From NCBI GenBank assembly GCA_023251775.1, contig JAHEYC010000003.1:2324-66323 (forward strand): DNA of 64,000 nucleotides, written 5' to 3'. The position numbers and the translations under genes are program-made. Position 1 is the stretch's first letter; every line of letters begins with the position of its first letter. The notes beneath the pieces are model-generated. The model saw nothing but the letters and a program-made list of their open reading frames with translations, was not told where the DNA came from and did no database searches. Of the stretch, positions 56,188-64,000 are shown piece after piece. Origin of the DNA: Sphingobacteriaceae bacterium (GTDB lineage Bacteria; Bacteroidota; Bacteroidia; B-17B0; Aurantibacillaceae).

Positions 56188-57459
56188 ATGCAACCATTGG
56201 CGGAGAGGCTCAGGCCACAGGCTTTGAGCGATTATGTAGGGCAAAAAAAGATCATTGGAGAAGGTACCGCGCTCAGGAATGCGATAAAGAACAAGCTTTT
56301 ACCTTCTATTATATTATGGGGACCGCCGGGCGTTGGAAAAACCTCCTTAGCCTTTATTATTGCGAACGAATTAAAGCGTCCTTTTTATAGTTTGAGCGCC
56401 ATTAACAGCGGCGTAAAAGATGTGCGTGAAGTAATTGAAAAAGCTTCGGATAAAAATATCTTCAATACCGAAAAGCCAATTTTATTCATTGACGAGATCC
56501 ATAGATTCAGTAAATCGCAACAAGATTCGTTATTATCTGCCGTAGAAAAAGGAGTTGTGACCTTAATTGGTGCAACTACAGAAAATCCATCGTTTGAAGT
56601 TATTCCCGCTTTGTTATCGCGTTCGCAAATTTATGTTCTGGAGCATTTAAGCGAGAGTGAATTGGTTGGAATTTTACAACACGCTATTGCCGACGATGTT
56701 TTTTTAAAAACAAAACAAATAGAATTAAAAGAAACAGATGCACTCATACGAGTAAGTGGAGGAGATGCGCGAAAATTATTGAATGCACTTGAAATTGTTG
56801 TTAGCTCAAGCGATAAAAGTTCTGTTGTGGTTACAAATGAGTTGGTAATGGAAACTATTCAGCAGAATTTAGCCTTATACGATAAAAGCGGTGAACAACA
56901 TTACGATATCATTTCTGCTTTTATAAAATCTATGCGAGGGAGCGATCCTAATGCAGCCTTGTATTATTTAGCGCGAATGCTAAAAGGCGGAGAAGATATT
57001 TCGTTCATTGCGCGACGCATGATCATTTTAGCGAGTGAAGATATTGGGAATGCAAATCCAAACGCTTTACTAATGGCAAAAACATGTTTTGACGCCATAA
57101 ATATCATTGGAATGCCGGAAGCACGAATTATTTTGAGTCAATGTGTTGTGTATTTAGCTACTTCAGCAAAAAGTAATGCAAGTTATATGGCCATTGGCAA
57201 TGCGTTTGATCTGGTAGATAAAAAAGGTGATCTTCCTGTTCCTTTACATTTACGAAATGCACCAACCAAATTAATGAAGGATCTTAATTACGGAAAGGAC
57301 TATCAATACGCACACAGCTTTGAAAATAATTTTGTGGATCTTGAATATTTACCTGATGAAATAAAGGGCTCGCAACTGTATGATCCGGGAAAAAATCCGC
57401 GAGAAGAAGAACAACGGAAATATTTGAGAAGTATTTGGAAAGAGAAGTATGGGTATTGA
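56188..57459 (+). CDS. rarA: replication-associated recombination protein A (MgsA/RarA AAA+ ATPase)
   Basis: 423 aa. PLAERLRPQ, GPPGVGKTSLA, LFIDEIHRF, GATTENPSF, GDARKLLN, YDIISAFIKSMRGSDPNAALYYLARM, PLHLRNAPT. Confidence 0.9.
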   Translation: MQPLAERLRPQALSDYVGQKKIIGEGTALRNAIKNKLLPSIILWGPPGVGKTSLAFIIANELKRPFYSLSAINSGVKDVREVIEKASDKNIFNTEKPILFIDEIHRFSKSQQDSLLSAVEKGVVTLIGATTENPSFEVIPALLSRSQIYVLEHLSESELVGILQHAIADDVFLKTKQIELKETDALIRVSGGDARKLLNALEIVVSSSDKSSVVVTNELVMETIQQNLALYDKSGEQHYDIISAFIKSMRGSDPNAALYYLARMLKGGEDISFIARRMIILASEDIGNANPNALLMAKTCFDAINIIGMPEARIILSQCVVYLATSAKSNASYMAIGNAFDLVDKKGDLPVPLHLRNAPTKLMKDLNYGKDYQYAHSFENNFVDLEYLPDEIKGSQLYDPGKNPREEEQRKYLRSIWKEKYGY

Positions 57460-57460
57460 G

Positions 57461-57549
57461 TTAGCAAGTTTAGAAAGTTAATCAGTTTAGAAAGTTAAAC
57501 GTTAGCACAAATTAACTTTCCTAACTTTCCTAACTTTCCTAACTTTTAT
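57461..57549. terminator. long hairpin built of tandem words (GTTTAGAAAGTTAA x2 against TAACTTTCC x4)
   Basis: 14-nt direct repeat at 57469-57482 and 57486-57499. 9-nt tandem TAACTTTCC at 57514, 57523 and 57532, plus TAACTTTTA at 57541. The two arms are complementary. Lies between convergent genes. Confidence 0.55.
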
Positions 57550-57566
57550 ACTTTCAAACTCATCTA

Positions 57567-58559
57567 CTACCATCCCAATATCCACGCAAAAATAAGCGGA
57601 GCTACGATAGTCGCATCACTTTCCACAATAAATTTTGGTGTATTGATATCTAGTTTTCCCCAAGTGATTTTTTCATTAGGCACAGCTCCTGAATAAGAAC
57701 CATACGATGTAGTTGAATCGGAGATCTGACAAAAATAACTCCAAAAAGGAACATCATGCATTTCCATATCTTGATATAACATTGGAACAACGCAAATAGG
57801 AAAATCTCCTGCAATACCACCGCCAATTTGAAAAAAGCCAACACCTTTACCGCCTGAATTTTTTGTATACCAACCCGCCAGCCAAGCCATGTATTCAATT
57901 CCGCTTTTCATAGTGCTTGCTTTTATTTCGCCCTTAATAACATACGAAGCAAAAATATTTCCCATAGTACTATCTTCCCAACCCGGAACAACAATTGGTA
58001 AATTTTTTTCTGCAGCAGCTAACATCCAACTGTCTTTTGGATCGATCTCATAATATTGTTTTAATTCACCACTATTTAAAATTTTGTACATGTACTCATG
58101 CGGAAAATAACGTTCGCCTGCAGTGTCCGCATCTTTCCAAATTTTATGAATGTGTTTTTGTAATCTTCTAAATGCCTCTTCTTCGGGAATGCATGTATCT
58201 GTTACACGGTTATAATGATTCTCTAAAAGATCCCATTCATCTTGCGGCGAAAGATCGCGGTAATTTGGAACGCGTTTGTAATGACTGTGCGCTACTAAAT
58301 TCATGATGTCTTCTTCCAAATTAGCACCGGTACACGAAATAATATCAATTTTTCCTTTACGGATCATTTCGGCTAATGATTTTCCTAATTCAGCCGTGCT
58401 CATAGCGCCCGCTAATGTCACCATCATTTTTCCGCCTTCGGTCAAATGGGTCTCATATCCTTTGGCTGCATCCACTAAGGCTGCTGAGTTAAAGTGTTTA
58501 TAATGGTGATTCACAAAGTTCGAAATGGGGCCTTTGTTGGCTATTGTGTTTGTTGACAT
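57567..58559 (-). CDS. deoxyhypusine synthase-like (DHS-family) protein
   Basis: 330 aa. LAGAMSTAELG, ISCTGANLEEDI, GGGIAGDF, SYGSYSGAVPNEKITWGK (Lys-containing C-terminal motif of DHS/homospermidine-synthase-type enzymes). Confidence 0.7.
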   Translation of the reverse strand: MSTNTIANKGPISNFVNHHYKHFNSAALVDAAKGYETHLTEGGKMMVTLAGAMSTAELGKSLAEMIRKGKIDIISCTGANLEEDIMNLVAHSHYKRVPNYRDLSPQDEWDLLENHYNRVTDTCIPEEEAFRRLQKHIHKIWKDADTAGERYFPHEYMYKILNSGELKQYYEIDPKDSWMLAAAEKNLPIVVPGWEDSTMGNIFASYVIKGEIKASTMKSGIEYMAWLAGWYTKNSGGKGVGFFQIGGGIAGDFPICVVPMLYQDMEMHDVPFWSYFCQISDSTTSYGSYSGAVPNEKITWGKLDINTPKFIVESDATIVAPLIFAWILGW

Positions 58560-58663
58560 AGGTTTAAATTAATGGCCAAAAGTACATATTTACAGATAAA
58601 AAAACGCTTTTTATGTTAACAAAATATAAGTTTATTTAAACCATTTGCCCGACTTTTTTAAGC

Positions 58664-58671
58664 TAAATTTG
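58664..58671 (+). promoter_or_regulatory. candidate -7 box (TAAATTTG) abutting the ubiA-like start
   Basis: Exact TAnnTTTG match 2 nt before the ATG at 58674. A second in-frame ATG is at 58680. Confidence 0.3.
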
Positions 58672-58673
58672 TA

Positions 58674-59543
58674 ATGGAAATGATCCAAAAAATAAATCAC
58701 TATCTATCGCTCATTAAATTCAGTCATACTGTTTTTGCTTTACCTTTTGCCTTTATTGGATTTTTTTTGGCTATTCATAGCGGACAAGCCACATTTTCTG
58801 TTCAAAAATTAGTGATGGTAATTTTGTGTATGGTCTTTGCACGAAGCGCTGCCATGGGATTTAATAGATATATTGATAGAAAATTCGATGCTAAAAATCC
58901 ACGCACTGCTATTCGCGAAATTCCTGCCGGAGTTATTAGTGCGAATGCTGCTTTGGCCTTAGTAATTGTTTGCAGCATTTCCTTTGTTGTTTGGACGTAT
59001 TTCATAAACGAGATCTGTTTTTATTTGAGTCCGGTTGCATTGTTGGTTGTTTTAGGATATAGTTATACCAAACGTTTTACACCATTGTGTCATTTAATAT
59101 TAGGATTAGGTTTAAGTTTAGCGCCCATTGGAGCTTACTTATCGCTTACTGCACATTTTGCATTGGCGCCAATTTTATTTAGTGCACTTGTATTATTATG
59201 GGTTGGTGGTTTTGATATTATTTACGCTTTGCAAGATGAAGAATTTGATCGCAAGCAAGGATTGAGATCTATTCCGGTATTATTAGGAATAAAAGGCGCT
59301 TTGTATTTATCGGAAGGAATGCACACGTTAGCCGCATTTATTGTATTTGCTTGTTTTTATTTTGGTGGATTTAGTTGGTTGTTTGCTATTGGAGCATTGA
59401 TATTTATTGGATTATTGATCTATCAGCACAGCATTATAAAGCCAAACGATCTTAGCAGAGTTAATTTAGCTTTTGGTACAACAAACGGAATTGCCAGCGT
59501 GGTATTCTGTATTTTTGCATGCGCTGATATGTATTTTTTGTAG
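58674..59543 (+). CDS. UbiA-family aromatic polyprenyltransferase (4-hydroxybenzoate polyprenyltransferase-like)
   Basis: 289 aa, about 8 TM helices. First Asp-rich motif GFNRYIDRKFDAKNPRT. Second motif YALQDEEFDRKQG. Confidence 0.75.
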   Translation: MEMIQKINHYLSLIKFSHTVFALPFAFIGFFLAIHSGQATFSVQKLVMVILCMVFARSAAMGFNRYIDRKFDAKNPRTAIREIPAGVISANAALALVIVCSISFVVWTYFINEICFYLSPVALLVVLGYSYTKRFTPLCHLILGLGLSLAPIGAYLSLTAHFALAPILFSALVLLWVGGFDIIYALQDEEFDRKQGLRSIPVLLGIKGALYLSEGMHTLAAFIVFACFYFGGFSWLFAIGALIFIGLLIYQHSIIKPNDLSRVNLAFGTTNGIASVVFCIFACADMYFL

Positions 59544-60203
59544 ATGAGAAAGTTGTTTACGAAAATTCGCGACAAATTCACACGCAAACGCGTCATGTGG
59601 TTCTTCATTGTGAGTGCATTCTTCACTATGTTTTGCAATAAACATATTGAAACAAAAACCGACCCTTATCTTTACAACAATATCAATATCCTTCCAAAAG
59701 TAAGAGTGGCTTTAGTTTTGGGGACATCTAGCAAACGCGCTAACGGCGATGATAATATGTATTTCAATAATCGCATCAAAGCAGCGTATGATCTTTATTA
59801 CTACGGAAAAATTCAGAAGATGATCTTGAGCGGCGATAATAGTAAAGATTATTACAACGAACCAAAAGTGATGCGAAAAGCCCTAATGGGCTTGGGCGTT
59901 CCTGATTCGGTAATTGTTTTGGATTATGCAGGTTTAAGAACGTTCGACAGTATGATCCGTGCCAAAGAAATTTTTGGATTAGATACAGTGATGGTTGTTT
60001 CACAACGGTTTCATAACGAGCGAGCTGTTTTTATTGCACGCGAAAATGGAATAATTGCCTATGGTTATAATGCAAGCAATGTGATCTACCAAAATCAAAT
60101 GAAGGTAAAATTCCGCGAGTTCTTCGCAAAAGTGAAATGTTTTTTGGATGTTTACATTTTGGCAACAAAGCCGAAATATCTTGGGGAAAAGATCAAGGTT
60201 TAG
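59544..60203 (+). CDS. SanA/YdcF (DUF218) family protein
   Basis: 219 aa. N-terminal anchor. ALVLGTS, NRIKAAYDLYYYGKIQKMILSGDN, YNEPKVMRKAL, VVSQRFHNERAVFIA. Confidence 0.7.
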   Translation: MRKLFTKIRDKFTRKRVMWFFIVSAFFTMFCNKHIETKTDPYLYNNINILPKVRVALVLGTSSKRANGDDNMYFNNRIKAAYDLYYYGKIQKMILSGDNSKDYYNEPKVMRKALMGLGVPDSVIVLDYAGLRTFDSMIRAKEIFGLDTVMVVSQRFHNERAVFIARENGIIAYGYNASNVIYQNQMKVKFREFFAKVKCFLDVYILATKPKYLGEKIKV

Positions 60204-60340
60204 AGGCAGAAACCACAGAGGCTCTTGGTCTCACAGAGATTTCACAGAGAACACAGAGACCGGTGGAATTGCTAATGATCTATTCTGTGACCTCTGTGCT
60301 AAACTCTGTGAGAGCGCAGCTCTCTGTGGTTTCTGTCTCT
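60202..60340. repeat. 139-nt imperfect palindrome built on CACAGAG/CTCTGTG words, probable bidirectional terminator
   Basis: AGAGGCAGAAACCACAGAG...TCTCACAGAG...TTCACAGAG...ACACAGAG on the left against CTCTGTG x3 ...CTCTGTGGTTTCTGTCTCT on the right. The outer 19 nt are complementary with 1 mismatch. It overlaps both convergent stop codons. Confidence 0.65.
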
Positions 60341-61772
60341 AAATGAATTTACATTTCCTACTCGCAAATGCACACATGCGAAGTAAAATGAGTCCGTGTT
60401 TGAAGCGAGAGATGTTTGTTTCGCCATATGTACGCTCACGATAACGAATTGGAACTTCCACAATTTTTAAATTGAGTTTGTGCGCGCCAAATAAAAGATC
60501 AAAATCACCAAAGGGATCAAACTCACCAAAGTATTTTCTGTTCTTGGTTAGTTTAATATAATCCGTTCTGAACATTACTTTTGTTCCGCATAATGTATCT
60601 TTAAAACGTTGTTCCAATAACCAAGTAAAAGCCCAACTAAAAAAGTGATTTCCCAAATAATTCAAAAAGCGCATGGCTTCTTTGTCCATAGGATAAACTA
60701 AACGCGTGCCATTAATAAAATCACCTTTTCCACTAGCAATGGCATCGTAAAATTTTGGGATATCTTCAGGAGGAACAGTAAGATCTGCATCCAAGATCAT
60801 TAAAATATCGCCTGTTGCAATTTTATAACCTTCGCGTACGGCATCAGCTTTTCCTTTTCCTTTTTGCTGACCAATTTTTATATCGTGTGTTGACGCATAT
60901 TTCTTTTGGATCTCCTGAATTTTTGCCCAAGTATCATCGGTACTATTTCCTTCAATAAAAATGATCTCCACATGTTTTCCGAATTTTGGTAAACGCGTAA
61001 TTGCATTCTCAATATTTCCGCTTTCGTTACGAGCGGGGATCACAACGGTTGTAGAGTATTTAGTATTGTATTTTGAAGGATCAATTTCGGGCAAAGGCTT
61101 TGCAAAACTGTAAATATTAAAACTAAAGAAACGAAAGAATGGGAATTTTGCTAAATATTTATTGAAGATGAATGAAAGAATTGGAATGTAAAGTGGAAAT
61201 ATCAATCGTTTTGTATTACGATACACATCAAATCCCGAAACAAATAATAAATTATTGATATCGCGTGTGCTTAACCAATTTTGCCAAGGTGTGCGTTGTT
61301 TTAAGCCAATAAGCTCGGCAAATTTAATTACAGGTTCCCAAAACGAATTATAATACTGAACAATGATCTTTGTATTAGGGTGACAACATTTTTTTATTTG
61401 CTCAAACACATTTTGAATATCGTCAACAAAACCAATAAGGTTACTTATGAGAATAAGATCGTAGGTTTGGTTGAGTTCAATAGTATTTGCATCCATTAAA
61501 ATAAAGTCAATTCCTTTAGCTCCATGTTTTTCTTTTGCCCAGGCAATATATTCCGGACTAAAATCTATTCCTGTTTTTTTGGAGCCTGATATACTTGCTA
61601 AAAGATCACCACTTCCACAGCCAACTTCCAACACAGAGGCATCTTCATGGGAATAATACGCGCAATAATCGCTTATTTCTTTCCAATAATATCGGCTAAC
61701 CACGCGTTTTTTACGCTTTTGGGCTATGGAATTAAAATAATCCTTGTATTTATTTTTGCTATCGGGCTCCAT
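60339..61772 (-). CDS. bifunctional class I SAM-dependent methyltransferase / family 2 glycosyltransferase
   Basis: 477 aa. N-terminal half has VLEVGCGSGDL (SAM motif I). C-terminal half has TVVIPARNESGNI...LDADLT (GT-A DxD). Hydrophobic linker in between. Confidence 0.75.
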   Translation of the reverse strand: MEPDSKNKYKDYFNSIAQKRKKRVVSRYYWKEISDYCAYYSHEDASVLEVGCGSGDLLASISGSKKTGIDFSPEYIAWAKEKHGAKGIDFILMDANTIELNQTYDLILISNLIGFVDDIQNVFEQIKKCCHPNTKIIVQYYNSFWEPVIKFAELIGLKQRTPWQNWLSTRDINNLLFVSGFDVYRNTKRLIFPLYIPILSFIFNKYLAKFPFFRFFSFNIYSFAKPLPEIDPSKYNTKYSTTVVIPARNESGNIENAITRLPKFGKHVEIIFIEGNSTDDTWAKIQEIQKKYASTHDIKIGQQKGKGKADAVREGYKIATGDILMILDADLTVPPEDIPKFYDAIASGKGDFINGTRLVYPMDKEAMRFLNYLGNHFFSWAFTWLLEQRFKDTLCGTKVMFRTDYIKLTKNRKYFGEFDPFGDFDLLFGAHKLNLKIVEVPIRYRERTYGETNISRFKHGLILLRMCAFASRKCKFI

Positions 61773-61815
61773 TTAGGCGATGTAAAAATAAGGAATAAAA
61801 CTATATTTATATCCT

Positions 61816-61823
61816 TATATTTG
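61816..61823 (+). promoter_or_regulatory. candidate -7 box (TATATTTG)
   Basis: Exact TAnnTTTG match 14 nt upstream of the ATG at 61838. It overlaps the alternative GTG start of the track at 61823. Confidence 0.35.
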
Positions 61824-61837
61824 TGCCTTATTTCCTT

Positions 61838-62683
61838 ATGTTCAAAAGCTGGCTCCCCATAACGCGTATCAAGATCTTTGGGGCTAAGATATTATATCAA
61901 ATTACGACCTTATTTGTTGGTAAAAAACGTCGCGTAATTGATAGAGACGGGGTTAAGTACGAGGTTGATCTGGCAGAAGGAATTGAACTTTCGTTGTATC
62001 TATTCGGCAAATTTCAGAGTCACATTACCAATAATTCTTTCTTAAAAATAAAAGAGGATTTTACCATTATTGATATTGGTGCTAATGTGGGGTTAATGAC
62101 CATGCAATTCGCAAAATTGGTGCCAAAAGGAAGTGTGTATTCATTTGAGCCAACATTTTATGCGTTGGAACGTTTAAAAAAGAATTTGGACCTGAATCCC
62201 GAACTGGCAAAACATGTAACCGTAATAAATTCATTTGTTTCGGAGAAGTCGGATGCAAATCCGAATATTGTTGCGTACAGCAGTTGGAAAGTAAATGGCG
62301 AAAGAGGAGAGAGCGATCATCCTGTGCATTTGGGAACGCCAAAAGCTTCCGACGGAGTTCCTTCTATTAGTTTAAATGATTTTGTAGAAAAACAAGGGAT
62401 CAAAAAAATTGATTTTATTAAGATAGATACGGATGGTCACGAATACGAAGTATTTAAAGGTGCCGATAAAGCGATTGCCAAATATAAACCTGTAATTATT
62501 TTTGAAATTGGTTTGTATGTGATGGATGAAAAGAAAATAGATTTCGATTTTTATTTTAATTATTTCAAGGATCTGAATTATCGTTTGGTAGATACCAAAA
62601 CAGAAAAAGAGGTTGATCTTACTAATTACACAAAATATATTCCTAAGAACGGAAGCACGGATCTGATCGCTTTACCAAAGTAA
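61838..62683 (+). CDS. FkbM-family methyltransferase
   Basis: IIDIGANVGLMT, VYSFEP, IDFIKIDTDGHEYEVFKGA. ATG at 61838 preferred over GTG at 61823 because of the -7 box. Confidence 0.7.
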   Translation: MFKSWLPITRIKIFGAKILYQITTLFVGKKRRVIDRDGVKYEVDLAEGIELSLYLFGKFQSHITNNSFLKIKEDFTIIDIGANVGLMTMQFAKLVPKGSVYSFEPTFYALERLKKNLDLNPELAKHVTVINSFVSEKSDANPNIVAYSSWKVNGERGESDHPVHLGTPKASDGVPSISLNDFVEKQGIKKIDFIKIDTDGHEYEVFKGADKAIAKYKPVIIFEIGLYVMDEKKIDFDFYFNYFKDLNYRLVDTKTEKEVDLTNYTKYIPKNGSTDLIALPK

Positions 62684-63433
62684 TTACTTCTTCTCGATCA
62701 ATACATTAAAACTGAATTCAAACGGCTTATCGTTATTTTCAACAATGTAATTTCTGTTTAGCAACGAAATTTTTCCTTCATCAATTAATTTGAATTGATA
62801 ATTGAGTTTATCAAAAAAGTCGTAGAACTCAATGGCGCTGGTTCCTGCGCGCTTGAAGCCGTGCGGCCAATATTCGGCAAGGATCTTGATGTTGTTTTGT
62901 TTACTTAATAAGTTTTGCATCCCTTTAAAAGCGGTGAGTTCAAATCCTTGAATGTCTATTTTAATGAGATCGATCTTTTCGATGTCCTTGCCCAACATTC
63001 CATCAATACTTTTTGCATTTATTTCTTCAACAGAATCGTAATTGTTCACCGGGTACGTGCGATGATCCACGTTCAATAATTTCGACTTGTAAACTTTTAT
63101 TAGTTCTTCTTTATCGGAGACAGCGAGATTAAAGCGTGTGATGTTTGGAATTCCCCTTGTATTCTTCACTAAATAATTATAATTGGTTTTATCCGGTTCA
63201 AAGCAATAAACCTTTCCTTTTTCTCCAACCAAATTAGAAATGATCTTTGCATAAAAACCAATATTAGCACCAATATCTAAAACATGATCGCCCGGTTGTA
63301 TTAATTGTTTTAATAATTCTATTTCGTGAAGATCGTTCTTGTTCTTAAAACGAGTATAAGTAAAATTGTAAAGCGGAAAGCAATTCTTATAAAGCCAGTT
63401 GCCAATTTTTATTTTGGTATAATTAAAATCCAC
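62684..63433 (-). CDS. FkbM-family methyltransferase
   Basis: 249 aa. VLDIGANIGFYA, VYCFEP, IDLIKIDIQGFELTAFKG. Confidence 0.75.
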   Translation of the reverse strand: MDFNYTKIKIGNWLYKNCFPLYNFTYTRFKNKNDLHEIELLKQLIQPGDHVLDIGANIGFYAKIISNLVGEKGKVYCFEPDKTNYNYLVKNTRGIPNITRFNLAVSDKEELIKVYKSKLLNVDHRTYPVNNYDSVEEINAKSIDGMLGKDIEKIDLIKIDIQGFELTAFKGMQNLLSKQNNIKILAEYWPHGFKRAGTSAIEFYDFFDKLNYQFKLIDEGKISLLNRNYIVENNDKPFEFSFNVLIEKK

Positions 63434-63435
63434 GA

Positions 63436-63795
63436 CTAATACCTTATCTCGTATAATGAAGCTTCTTCGGTTTCACCTATGGTTTTTACCAAGCGTAATT
63501 TCTCGGGATATTTTTGAGCAATGGGCGCTGCAATATTGTGCACGGTATTGATGATCTCGCCTGAATTTCGTGTAGGATCAATTCTTAAATTCGCCAAAAG
63601 AATATGGGTTACTTTATTACGTTTAAAAATGGCGAGTGCACTATCTGGATTAGATTGATTAGTTTCTTTATCTTTTGCGATGACAGAATAAATACCAAAG
63701 AAATGTTTGCCTTTTCCATATATAAAACTAATAGGCGCTTTACGGCAAGCAACTAAACTCGTAGGCGGCAAACTATCGGCACACCAGGCGCTCAT
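63436..63795 (-). CDS. hypothetical protein, possibly the detached C-terminal domain of the upstream membrane protein
   Basis: 119-aa ORF. Its frame stays open and protein-like for about 50 further codons upstream of the ATG, with no start codon in that stretch. ATGA overlap with the upstream partial ORF. Confidence 0.4.
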   Translation of the reverse strand: MSAWCADSLPPTSLVACRKAPISFIYGKGKHFFGIYSVIAKDKETNQSNPDSALAIFKRNKVTHILLANLRIDPTRNSGEIINTVHNIAAPIAQKYPEKLRLVKTIGETEEASLYEIRY

Positions 63796-64000
63796 CTTCG
63801 AATAATTTTGCCAATCGGTGTATAGCCATAATAAATATCGCCTTTTAAATTCTTGGTCACAATAGGAATATTCTTTATCCCTCTTGAAAAACTGGAGATG
63901 AGCATGGAGCTGAGAATGAATGCTAAGAATGCAATGAAAATGCGTTGGTTAAAATTGCTTTTTTTGAAGAATTCATATAAACCATAACTACTGGCTAAAA
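63792..64000 (-). CDS. partial membrane protein (5' end outside the window)
   Basis: Hand-translated minus frame: ...LASSYGLYEFFKKSNFNQRIFIAFLAFILSSMLISSFSRGIKNIPIVTKNLKGDIYYGYTPIGKIIRR*. Contains a TM helix. Stop TGA at 63792-63794. Confidence 0.4.
   Translation of the reverse strand, partial: LASSYGLYEFFKKSNFNQRIFIAFLAFILSSMLISSFSRGIKNIPIVTKNLKGDIYYGYTPIGKIIRR

Noticed and set aside
60137-60346. 69-aa and 64-aa ORFs (…CDLCAKLCESAALCGFCL)
   Set aside because: They are generated by the CACAGAG/CTCTGTG palindrome and overlap two real gene ends.

Overview
This is a 64-kb, AT-rich chromosomal segment with clear Bacteroidota hallmarks: a T9SS type-B C-terminal sorting domain, a GldM homolog, an S46 dipeptidyl-peptidase, a CarboxypepD_reg-type TonB-dependent receptor, and TAnnTTTG -7 boxes. 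Gene density is high, with about 57 supportable CDS. Most are housekeeping genes: ilvE, ftsE, proC, birA, rsfS, ftsH, gap, anmK, msrA, rarA, acyl-CoA dehydrogenase, proline dehydrogenase, crcB and yhhQ. I found no rRNA, tRNA or CRISPR array.

Non-core content:
- An IS200-like Y1 transposase gene is bracketed by oppositely oriented arrays of GC-rich hairpin repeats, which is REP/RAYT-type architecture.
- A 2032-aa repeat-built adhesin carries a T9SS type-B CTD. It lies tail-to-tail with a stand-alone full-length GldM paralog, and no gldK, gldL or gldN is present in the window.
- A TonB-dependent receptor sits between two small lipoprotein genes.
- An MBOAT plus DHHW/AlgX-like O-acyltransferase pair.
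- A methyltransferase-rich glycan-modification cluster at the 3' end, including a possibly frameshifted membrane protein gene.
- RsfS is fused to a histone-H1-like lysine-rich N-terminal tail.
- A flavoprotein gene encodes its Rossmann motif upstream of any canonical start codon.
- Several convergent gene pairs are separated by long hairpins built from short tandem words and their complements.

The most system-like unexplained locus is 33.8-44.9 kb (adhesin, orphan GldM, receptor operon). The evidence that it forms a functional unit is only adjacency, so I rate it as moderate. All calls come from reading the translations and the nucleotide sequence; no database search was run.
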